DNA of 64,000 nucleotides from a virus (Duplodnaviria; Caudoviricetes): IMG/VR virus record IMGVR_UViG_3300026077_000001. One strand, written 5' to 3'. This document shows positions 9,674-18,010 of the stretch, piece by piece. The notes below the pieces were generated by a model. It was not told the origin of the DNA. It did no database searches and was given only the letters and a program-made list of their open reading frames with translations. How positions within the stretch are numbered: the stretch's first letter is position 1; each line of letters opens with the position of its first letter. The position numbers were made by a program, and so were the translations under genes.

Positions 9674-10008
9674 GCAATAAATTCTACGAATCAGACCAAG
9701 TTAAAGAAGAGATAAAAGGGATGGAGAAACTGTATACCGAACTAGCACGGTTATCCATACAGTTCCCATCTATGGATGATGATCTCAAACGAGAACATCT
9801 TGAGAAGACTATGATGCTTATTGCAAAGCAGAAGGTCTTCTATGCTAGACTATGCTTAATGGCAGTCGAGAATGAAGAAGCTAAGATTATCAAGGAACAA
9901 CTTGATAAAATGTCCCAAGTTTACTCTCAAGGACGTACCATACAGGACGTTTTAGGAGAGATGGAGGATAAGTTAAGGCACTTCAAAAAGCAGCTTGACG
10001 AAGCCTAA
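9670..10008 (+). CDS. DUF1825-like cyanophage protein
   Basis: Helical 112-aa protein, KQKVFYARL motif; conserved position before gp32. Confidence 0.6.
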   Translation: MSNKFYESDQVKEEIKGMEKLYTELARLSIQFPSMDDDLKREHLEKTMMLIAKQKVFYARLCLMAVENEEAKIIKEQLDKMSQVYSQGRTIQDVLGEMEDKLRHFKKQLDEA

Positions 10009-10067
10009 ATAGTATGTTACCCTTAATGGGTAGTAAATTCACACTTACAAAATACAGGTACACACGT

Positions 10068-10985
10068 ATGTCTTTTTCATCACTGAAGAAAAAGTCTGGC
10101 AAGTTCTCTAACTTGACCAAAGAAATCGAAAAAATGACCAGTGGTGGTCGCAAAGTCGATGAACGATTTTGGAAGCCACAGGTCGATAAGTCAGGTAACG
10201 GATTCGCCGTTATCAGATTCCTACCAGAGACTGAGGGTAACGAACTCCCTTGGGCACAGGTCTGGAGTCACGCATTCCAAGGACCAGGTGGTTGGTACAT
10301 TGAGAATTCTCTCACAACCATCGGACAGAAGGATCCAGTTTCTGCACTGAACTCTTCTTTATGGAACTCTGGAAGTGAGTCAGACAAGGACACTGCTCGT
10401 AAGCAGAAGCGTAAGCTTTCCTACTACAGCAACATCTATGTTGTTAAGGATCCCTTGAACCCTGAGAATGAAGGCAAAGTATTCTTGTACAAGTACGGCA
10501 AGCGTATCTTCGACAAGATTATGGCTAAAATGCAGCCTAATGAGAATGATTATGATCCAGAACCCGCTTTCAATCCTTTCGATTTATGGAAGGGTGCTGA
10601 CTTCAAATTGAAGATCAAGCAAGTTGCTGGTTTTTGGAATTATGATGATTCTACATTCACAACACCTAATACTCTAGGTGATTTTGATGATAAAAAACTT
10701 GAAGCGATCTACAATGATGCTCACAATTTAGGTGACTTCACTAGTGCTGATCAATTCAAGTCATATGAGGATCTCGAAGCACGTCTGAAAGCAGTTCTTG
10801 GTGGTCGAGTAGACCGTGAGACTGTTGCTGAAGAGTTACCACCTAGAGCAGAAGAAGAGGTTGCATCCAACTTAGGATCTACAGTCCAAGCAAAGGACTG
10901 GAGTGAATCAGTGGACAAAACAGCTTCTGTCACAGAAGATGATGATGCGTTGTCTTACTTTGCTAAACTAGCAGAAGAAGCATAA
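10068..10985 (+). CDS. gp32: ssDNA-binding protein gp32
   Basis: DERFWK, GNGFAVIRFLP, YKYGKRIFDKI, acidic tail; start set at MSFSSLKK. Confidence 0.95.
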   Translation: MSFSSLKKKSGKFSNLTKEIEKMTSGGRKVDERFWKPQVDKSGNGFAVIRFLPETEGNELPWAQVWSHAFQGPGGWYIENSLTTIGQKDPVSALNSSLWNSGSESDKDTARKQKRKLSYYSNIYVVKDPLNPENEGKVFLYKYGKRIFDKIMAKMQPNENDYDPEPAFNPFDLWKGADFKLKIKQVAGFWNYDDSTFTTPNTLGDFDDKKLEAIYNDAHNLGDFTSADQFKSYEDLEARLKAVLGGRVDRETVAEELPPRAEEEVASNLGSTVQAKDWSESVDKTASVTEDDDALSYFAKLAEEA

Positions 10986-10990
10986 GACCA

Positions 10991-11287
10991 ATGAAAAGAA
11001 TCGCCATTGCTGTTGTTGCTTGCCTTGCAGGTGCTCCTGCAATGGCATCTTACAACCATAACTTAAGATCAGGGGAGTTCGAAGTAGAACCTTCCCATTG
11101 CGTCCACGACGCATTATATGGATGGAATTGCTGGTATAAACCAGTTGAAAGGGAGTTCAGGTGGAGACACGAAGATCCATCTCACCATCACCATTACCCA
11201 CACTACAGACCACATTTCAGACCAAATAGATGGAATGAGCACGGAACTCCTTGTTATTTTTATAAAAAGAACGGTTGGTGTTTCTAA
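10991..11287 (+). CDS. Exported His/Pro/Arg-rich small protein
   Basis: Signal peptide (APAMA); HHHHYPHYRPHF tract. Confidence 0.6.
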   Translation: MKRIAIAVVACLAGAPAMASYNHNLRSGEFEVEPSHCVHDALYGWNCWYKPVEREFRWRHEDPSHHHHYPHYRPHFRPNRWNEHGTPCYFYKKNGWCF

Positions 11288-12169
11288 TTAATAACCACCA
11301 CCAGAGGAACTAGTTTGAGTAGTTTGAGTAGTAGTATTTGTTTGAGTTGTTGCAATTGTTCCTGCGTCGTTAGGATTTATTGTAGTCGTTGAACTTACAG
11401 TTGTTATTGGTGCTGTACCCGCAGTAGAACTGCCAGATGATATAAGGGCAGTACTAGAACCACCACCTTGAGCAGACCCAGTTGAAGCAGTGCTTTGACT
11501 GGGTTTTCTATATGTTGAGATACCTATGAATTCTTCAGCGATAGATGTTTGTGTCTTCTTATTACCTTGGTCATCAACTTCACCGTGAGGTAGGTACTTA
11601 GCAAGTTTCTTAAATTCATTAATGAAGTCAGTCACATAATCTTCACGTAGCAGATATATATTTCTCTTCTCTTCATTCTTATTGTAGTACACCTCAAAGT
11701 AAGTTACTCCGTGACGACACTCTGCTTTGGGTACTACTGTACCATCAGGTCTGATGTATTGGAAATTCTCATTAACTACAATACCTTCAGAGAATACCTT
11801 AGTTCCATCAGTAGCAAATATATCATTAGATTCATAGTGACTTATAAGATCAACATTACCAAATTCCTGTTCAACATATGCATATAGGTCAGCACGTGTC
11901 ATTGGCCAGTCTTGATTCACGTTGATGATGTTATTAATTATCAACACAATCCAATCAAGACCTGAGTCACCGTAGAATTTACGAGCAACTTGATCTGGTC
12001 TTTCACCTTCTTCTATTTCATACTGTAAGAAACCTAATAGTGGTCCTTGTAGATCATCTTTGATTTTTATTCGTCTAAAGATGTTCCTACACAATTCATA
12101 GGGATGTACACCATCTTTGATGGTTCTGTTACGTACATAAACTTTAGGTAAGTATCTGAAGTATGCCAT
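11288..12169 (-). CDS. gp53: Baseplate wedge protein gp53
   Basis: MAYFRYLP; ERPDQVARKFYGDSGLDWIVLIINNI LysM-like motif; Ser/Thr-rich tail. Confidence 0.9.
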   Translation of the reverse strand: MAYFRYLPKVYVRNRTIKDGVHPYELCRNIFRRIKIKDDLQGPLLGFLQYEIEEGERPDQVARKFYGDSGLDWIVLIINNIINVNQDWPMTRADLYAYVEQEFGNVDLISHYESNDIFATDGTKVFSEGIVVNENFQYIRPDGTVVPKAECRHGVTYFEVYYNKNEEKRNIYLLREDYVTDFINEFKKLAKYLPHGEVDDQGNKKTQTSIAEEFIGISTYRKPSQSTASTGSAQGGGSSTALISSGSSTAGTAPITTVSSTTTINPNDAGTIATTQTNTTTQTTQTSSSGGGY

Positions 12170-13236
12170 TAGCCTCTCACCATTTCTCTTGTAATGAATT
12201 GAGTTTCTTTAAATGTTACTGAAACATCCATAGCAGCAGGACCATAATCCCTTGCTGTATCTGCTCCATCTTTTAATGAATTGTATTGACCGTCAGGTGA
12301 CGTGTTAACAGATAATGTGGACAGTACACACTTCGTAGGGAACCTAATTATCTTAGCAATACCAGCTGGTATCCTTGTAGCGTTATCTGTAGTGGACATC
12401 CTTACAATAGACAGTCTCATAATGTCAGGAATGTTAAGGAATCTAGCACCACCAATATATCCAGATTTACTTGTTAATACATTAGCAACATCTTCATTAA
12501 GGTTACCAAAATCATCTTGACCACCAGTAGAAGGAAGCATTGCAGTCCTTAGTGTTGATATGATTTCATAACATTCTTTTGCTTCTTTAGCATTACGTGG
12601 TGCAAATTTAAAGTTAAAAGCGTGATCTCTATAATTCACACCTTTAAATGTTGTCTCTTGGTATGGGTTGAACACCTTCTTTGATGTTACTGCTAACAGA
12701 TCATTAGCATCTGCAGATCCACCTACAGTACCAAGTGCTGCAGCTGCAGTGTCCATAACAAATTGTGGTTTAGCACTACCAGCAGTTTCTTGAGCAATAG
12801 CAACTGCATCATCCATTGTGTTACCACTTTTTACTGCGTTAGCTAAACCTACGCCAGCAGCACCAAGAGTAGTAACATTATAATTCGTAGAATATTGTTC
12901 ATTTAACCCCACAGGAAGGTATAGATAAATAGTTTTTGAAATGTTGGACATATTAGCACCTTTATAAGGTTCTTTAAATCCACCACCATCACCTGTCCAC
13001 GTATATGGATTTGCACCATTAGCACCCTGAGTCTTATAGATTGTTATTCTTAAATAATCTAAGTACTCGGTTTCATAATTATCATCGCCTCTAATACCAC
13101 TATCGGTGTTTGGTACTTGTCTCGGTAACTGTCTGGGATAAACTAACGGTCCATTTAAAAAGTTGGAACGTTGATTAGTACCAGTATCTTTAAGTAACGA
13201 GTTGAGTGCTTTTGAAAATAGACTTGGAATCGACAT
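12169..13236 (-). CDS. gp48: Baseplate tail-tube cap gp48
   Basis: IYLYLP, VFNPYQETTFKGVNYRDHAFNFKFAPRN, TFKET motifs; synteny. Confidence 0.85.
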   Translation of the reverse strand: MSIPSLFSKALNSLLKDTGTNQRSNFLNGPLVYPRQLPRQVPNTDSGIRGDDNYETEYLDYLRITIYKTQGANGANPYTWTGDGGGFKEPYKGANMSNISKTIYLYLPVGLNEQYSTNYNVTTLGAAGVGLANAVKSGNTMDDAVAIAQETAGSAKPQFVMDTAAAALGTVGGSADANDLLAVTSKKVFNPYQETTFKGVNYRDHAFNFKFAPRNAKEAKECYEIISTLRTAMLPSTGGQDDFGNLNEDVANVLTSKSGYIGGARFLNIPDIMRLSIVRMSTTDNATRIPAGIAKIIRFPTKCVLSTLSVNTSPDGQYNSLKDGADTARDYGPAAMDVSVTFKETQFITREMVRG

Positions 13237-13237
13237 T

Positions 13238-13678
13238 ATGTCCTATAAAAGTTATTCAGGTAGGTTCAAACCATCAAATCCTGCAAAATATAAAGGGGAT
13301 CCCACAAACATTATTTATAGATCTTTGTGGGAGAGGAAATTTATGGTATGGTGTGATAGAAATTTAAACGTTATGGAGTGGGCAAGTGAAGAAATTATTG
13401 TACCTTACATATCTCCTCTTGATAGGAAGCCTCACCGTTATTTCCCTGACTTTTATGTTAAATCGAGGGGAACCAACGGTAGACTCCAAAAGAGAGTTAT
13501 TGAGATTAAACCTTATGCACAAACTCAACAACCGAAACGTGGGAGGAAGACTAAGAAGCTTCTAAAGGAGATTGCCACTTATGGTGTCAATCAAGCAAAA
13601 TGGAAAGCAGCACGAGAGTACTGTAGAGACAGAAAGATGGAATTTGTGATATTAACAGAGCACGAGTTAAAGGTATGA
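13238..13678 (+). CDS. gp4: Head completion nuclease gp4
   Basis: YKGDPTNIIYRSLWE, HRYFPDF, EIKP, NQAKWKAA. Confidence 0.95.
   Translation: MSYKSYSGRFKPSNPAKYKGDPTNIIYRSLWERKFMVWCDRNLNVMEWASEEIIVPYISPLDRKPHRYFPDFYVKSRGTNGRLQKRVIEIKPYAQTQQPKRGRKTKKLLKEIATYGVNQAKWKAAREYCRDRKMEFVILTEHELKV
13312..13319 (-). promoter_or_regulatory. T4 late promoter for gp48-gp53, inside gp4
   Basis: TATTTATA on the plus strand equals TATAAATA on the minus strand, about 75 nt upstream of gp48. Confidence 0.6.
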
Positions 13679-14121
13679 GTCTCTTTGAGGATATAAAAGA
13701 CTTATCAAATGGTAAACCTCAGTCACCTTCTTGGTGGAGGAGTCAGTTATTCTTTGGATTACAAGGACGTGGACTAGATAGTCCATTAATAGGTGCTGCT
13801 ATCACATTCCAATATGATGCTAAATTTGGTGAAAGAATGCAGAAGTGGGATAAATACCCATTAGTATATGTTACTGGAGAAAGTACGAACCACTTTTGGG
13901 GTTCAAATGTACATTATTTACAACCAGCTGCTAGAAGAGCAGGGTTTACACCAGAACACCCACCTCAAACATTCCATAAATACTTGAGGAGTAATGTATT
14001 AAGTCCTTTTTACAACGTTCCAGAATCGGAATGGGATGATATAGGATTGATTCCCTCTGAACAATTCACCGTTACAGTTAACGGAAGAAATATCGACATC
14101 CCGACTAGAATTATATTCTAA
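13675..14121 (+). CDS. gp2: DNA end protector gp2-like
   Basis: FQYDAK...WDKYPLVY...GSNVHYL...HKYL motifs; synteny. Confidence 0.7.
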   Translation: MSLFEDIKDLSNGKPQSPSWWRSQLFFGLQGRGLDSPLIGAAITFQYDAKFGERMQKWDKYPLVYVTGESTNHFWGSNVHYLQPAARRAGFTPEHPPQTFHKYLRSNVLSPFYNVPESEWDDIGLIPSEQFTVTVNGRNIDIPTRIIF

Positions 14122-14861
14122 TGCCACATCGTCACCAAAATTCATTTACTCACTTTAAAGAGTTAGTAGCAACTGGAGCAAAAGAACCTGCTTTAGGTAA
14201 TCTGTACTCCATTGATTTTGGCGTACCACCAATATTCGGGCGTATTCCAGGCTGGGAATTTAATCCATCAGAATATTGTGATGCATTGAATTACTTTGCT
14301 AGTAACGTGACAGTACCATCACGTAACGTTACTACAGGTGAGATACGTAACTTTGGTATTACTAGGACTTATGCTACAGGACAGACTGCGAACGAATTAA
14401 ATATATCTTTTATGGTTACCAAAGATCAGTGGCATAGAAACTTCTATGAGAAGTGGATGAATGCTATGGCACCTGATTCTGAGAATAGAGTTGGTTTCTA
14501 TGATGATTATGTTACTGAAGTATGGGTAAGGAAGTGGGAACGTGGTTCTAACTTATTGTCCAGAACTAGAAGAGCAGGTGTAGATTACTACGGTAGATTG
14601 AATAAAGCAGTTGGTGTATGGTGTTTTAGTGGTGTATATCCATATAATATGGGTACATTAGACTTCTCTAACGATAACAGCAGCGTACTAACACTACCTA
14701 TTTCATTTAAGTTTGAGAGATATAGGTTCACTACTAAGGTACAACGTAATAAGGATTGGACTGGAGATCACGTGGTTAGTGATACAGCAGAGATTGCCAA
14801 GTTATTAGGAATAAAAGACTTTAAGACTTCACAGCACGAAAATACACAGTACGGCGTATAG
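14121..14861 (+). CDS. gp54: Tail tube initiator gp54-like
   Basis: gp19/gp54-fold pattern (YPYNMGTLDFS...LPISFKFE); synteny. Confidence 0.7.
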   Translation: MPHRHQNSFTHFKELVATGAKEPALGNLYSIDFGVPPIFGRIPGWEFNPSEYCDALNYFASNVTVPSRNVTTGEIRNFGITRTYATGQTANELNISFMVTKDQWHRNFYEKWMNAMAPDSENRVGFYDDYVTEVWVRKWERGSNLLSRTRRAGVDYYGRLNKAVGVWCFSGVYPYNMGTLDFSNDNSSVLTLPISFKFERYRFTTKVQRNKDWTGDHVVSDTAEIAKLLGIKDFKTSQHENTQYGV

Positions 14862-14898
14862 GCTAAATAGATATACTGAAGTGTAATACCCTTACAAG

Positions 14899-15603
14899 AT
14901 GCCTTTACCCAAGCTGAGCATTCCAGATTATGAATGCGTGTTACCTCGTGGTCTCAAAGTGACCTATCGTCCATTTTTAGTTAAAGAGGAGAAACTTCTT
15001 TATCTTGCGATGGAGACTCAAAATCAGAAAGAAATGATAAAAGCCGTTAAGGAAATTATCAAAGCTTGTACGAACGTTAAAAATTCTGCAACTCTTGCTA
15101 CTTTTGAGATTGAATACTTATTTTTGAAGATTAGAGGTAAATCTGTTGGAGAAGTAAGTGAATTTAAACTCACTTGCCCTGATGATAATGAAACTCAGGT
15201 CGATGTTGAAGTTAATTTGGATCAAGTAGAAGTACAAATTCCAAAAGAACACACCAATATTATCAAACTTACTGATGAAATCACTTTAACGATGAAATAT
15301 CCTTCATTGGATGTATTCGTTAAGAATAATTTGGTTGATAATCCTGGTATTGATGATGTATTTAAACTAGCAGCAGATTGTACAGATACAATTGCTGATG
15401 GTGAAGAACTACACGAAGCAAAAGACTACAAGAAGGCAGAATTAGTTGCTTTCTATGAGGATATGAACAGTGGACAATTTGCTGAAGTGCAGAGGTTCTT
15501 CGAAACTATGCCTAAACTGTCGAAAGACATCGAGGTCTTCAACCCTAAAACTGAAGTAACCAGTACAGTTAAACTGGAGGGACTAGCAAGTTTTTTCGCG
15601 TAG
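14899..15603 (+). CDS. gp26: Baseplate hub protein gp26
   Basis: MPLPKL, YRPFLVKEEKLL, LKIRGKSVGE, FFETMPKL, LEGLASFF. Confidence 0.92.
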   Translation: MPLPKLSIPDYECVLPRGLKVTYRPFLVKEEKLLYLAMETQNQKEMIKAVKEIIKACTNVKNSATLATFEIEYLFLKIRGKSVGEVSEFKLTCPDDNETQVDVEVNLDQVEVQIPKEHTNIIKLTDEITLTMKYPSLDVFVKNNLVDNPGIDDVFKLAADCTDTIADGEELHEAKDYKKAELVAFYEDMNSGQFAEVQRFFETMPKLSKDIEVFNPKTEVTSTVKLEGLASFFA

Positions 15604-15623
15604 CCCTAGCCCACGACTCGTTG

Positions 15624-15794
15624 ATGAATATGTATGAAGTAAACTTCGCTATGATCCAGCATCATAAGTGGAGTTTAACTGAAATTGAGAATATGATGCC
15701 GTGGGAAAGGGATGTATACGTTAATATGCTACTTCGGTACCTTAGAGAAGAAGAACGTAGGCAGAAACAAGGTCAAATGAGTCCATCTCTTTAA
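15624..15794 (+). CDS. gp51: gp51-like hub assembly protein (56 aa, not in ORF track), possibly read as a -1 frameshift extension of gp26
   Basis: MNMYEVNFAMIQHHKWSLTEIENMMPWERDVY; frame is open back to the slippery site at 15591. Confidence 0.8.
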   Translation: MNMYEVNFAMIQHHKWSLTEIENMMPWERDVYVNMLLRYLREEERRQKQGQMSPSL

Positions 15795-18010
15795 TGGCAA
15801 AGATAAAGATCAGATCCTTTTTACCATCGAAAGTTACAGGAGACATTCGAACAGATCCTACAGCTGCGATGACCGTACAAATCAATCGTTTAGGATTTGT
15901 GGTGGAGGATATTGGTAAATTAGTAGCCTGTATGTATGAAGAGAAATTAGATGCTGTACAAGATAATAAAAGGAAGAGGACACTATCACGGGATAAGTCA
16001 CGTGAGGATAATATAGAGAAGAAGGTACAGAAGAAAGTAGCAGATAAAGCACAGAAAGAATCTGGCAATGCAGATAAGAAGTCAGGCACTTGGTTACAGA
16101 AGTTATTGGCACCATTCAAATGGTTAGCAGAAAAGGCTTTAACCTGGTTTGCTTTGGACTGGCTGTCTAATCCAGACAATAAAAAGTTTATAGGTACGAC
16201 ACTTAATGTTATAGGTAAGTGGTTAGGGACATTCTGGAATGTATTCTCTAAAGGTGTTGGTTGGTTACTAGAAGCATTTAGTGAGAAGAGTCCAGTAATG
16301 GGTGCTCTTAAGATACTTGGTGGTATCGGAGCATTATTTTTAGCAGATAGGATACTTCAACCGTGGAAGTTACTTGGTGATTTCCAGAAGTTAAGTAAGT
16401 TCCTAGGACCAGGAATTGATAAGTTAGGAAAAGCACTTCAACAGGTAAAACCTGGTCAGTTGGCAAAGAACTTTGTCACCAACCCAATGGCAATGTCACT
16501 AACTGCTGGTGTTGTATCAACAACCACTAGATTAGCAGCAGGTGATGATGCTGACGTTGCTATTGGTGCAGGTATTGGTGCTACTGTCACGTCACTTGGA
16601 TTGACTGCACTGTTAACACCCATATTAGGACCATTTGCTCCTATAGTGGGCAGTATGCTTGGTGGTTTTATAGGAGATAAGATTGGTGCATTCCTTGGTG
16701 AAGCAATGAGACCTGTCTTTGGTCCCATTAAAGATTACTTTGTTGATGTATGGTTCCCAGCTATGAAGGCATTCATAGAACCAATTACTGGACCTGTGAT
16801 GGATTTCTTCCAAGAATTTCTACCAGTAATGAAGAAACTTGGAGAGTTCTTACAACCTATAGCTGAGTCAGCAATAGTAGAGATTGGTAAGTTCTTAGGT
16901 GGAGTTGCAATGGTTCAGTTTCAATCATTAGTATGGATAATTAAGCACGGTGCTAGAGCTATAGCTGATTTTGTAGAAGGTGCAGGTGATCTTGGATCAC
17001 GTATTGATATTGCTGGTGTATGGACATCTGATGTTGATAAAGCAGGTCAAGAGTTTAGAGATAGAGAGAGGGAAGTTAAAAATCATAAGAGATCTATAGA
17101 AGATTCCAAGAAGAAACTTGGAGAATTGATACAACAAAGAGATGAAGACGGTAAAGGTGATGATAATTGGAAAGGATGGGGTTGGAGATTTACCATTGGA
17201 GAACGTATCGAATTTGAAAAAGAACATATAATGAATCTTGAAAAGCAGCTTATACAAAGGGAGGCTGCTGTTATTAAAGCAAAAGAGAAGTGGGAACTTG
17301 AAAAGGAAATTGCTCAACAGGAAGCTGAGGAGGCTAAAGTATTAGCTGCTGAGAACTTAGCTATTGGAGATGGGGGTCATATTGTTACTTCAGAAGCAAT
17401 GAGAGATCGCCAGATGCAATTATCACCTGGTATGCATATGGGTGTAGATATTGCCACACAGATTGGTGAAGAACTTAAAGCGTTCTTAGGTGGTACAGTA
17501 CAACACGTAGGATATGATGAAGGATATGGTAATTATATTGCTTGGACATCTAGTGATGGTTTAGGTCAGTTATATGCTCATATGAAGGATATGTCACCAT
17601 TTAAAGCAGGTGATACATTCCAAGCAGGAGCAATACTAGGTTATTCAGGTGAGACTGGTAAAACTACTGGTCCTCATCTACATTGGGAGACATCAAAGAA
17701 TCCTCTTGATGTTGGTAAACCAAATACTGATCCTTTAAGTAGAATAAATCCTTTAGGTTTATATGGTAAAGAATCTCCATTCACAGGTAAACAAGAACCT
17801 GTTACTGAGATTACACCTACCAATGGTAATGAAGGGGGTGGACTAAATAATGAATTGATAGAGAGGTCTATTACAGAAGCATCCCAACAATGGAAAGGTT
17901 CTACCACTAATACTCAATTCATTGTTCAACCAGTGGTTAAGGAGGTCGTTAAGACTAACCAAACTAACGTCTCGGTTATTACTAAACCAGCATCTATAAG
18001 CATAAATTAA
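15794..18010 (+). CDS. Tape-measure/hub-like protein with C-terminal M23 peptidase
   Basis: Amphipathic Gly-rich helices; HMGVD, YGNY, YAHM, TGPHLHWE M23 motifs. Confidence 0.8.
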   Translation: MAKIKIRSFLPSKVTGDIRTDPTAAMTVQINRLGFVVEDIGKLVACMYEEKLDAVQDNKRKRTLSRDKSREDNIEKKVQKKVADKAQKESGNADKKSGTWLQKLLAPFKWLAEKALTWFALDWLSNPDNKKFIGTTLNVIGKWLGTFWNVFSKGVGWLLEAFSEKSPVMGALKILGGIGALFLADRILQPWKLLGDFQKLSKFLGPGIDKLGKALQQVKPGQLAKNFVTNPMAMSLTAGVVSTTTRLAAGDDADVAIGAGIGATVTSLGLTALLTPILGPFAPIVGSMLGGFIGDKIGAFLGEAMRPVFGPIKDYFVDVWFPAMKAFIEPITGPVMDFFQEFLPVMKKLGEFLQPIAESAIVEIGKFLGGVAMVQFQSLVWIIKHGARAIADFVEGAGDLGSRIDIAGVWTSDVDKAGQEFRDREREVKNHKRSIEDSKKKLGELIQQRDEDGKGDDNWKGWGWRFTIGERIEFEKEHIMNLEKQLIQREAAVIKAKEKWELEKEIAQQEAEEAKVLAAENLAIGDGGHIVTSEAMRDRQMQLSPGMHMGVDIATQIGEELKAFLGGTVQHVGYDEGYGNYIAWTSSDGLGQLYAHMKDMSPFKAGDTFQAGAILGYSGETGKTTGPHLHWETSKNPLDVGKPNTDPLSRINPLGLYGKESPFTGKQEPVTEITPTNGNEGGGLNNELIERSITEASQQWKGSTTNTQFIVQPVVKEVVKTNQTNVSVITKPASISIN

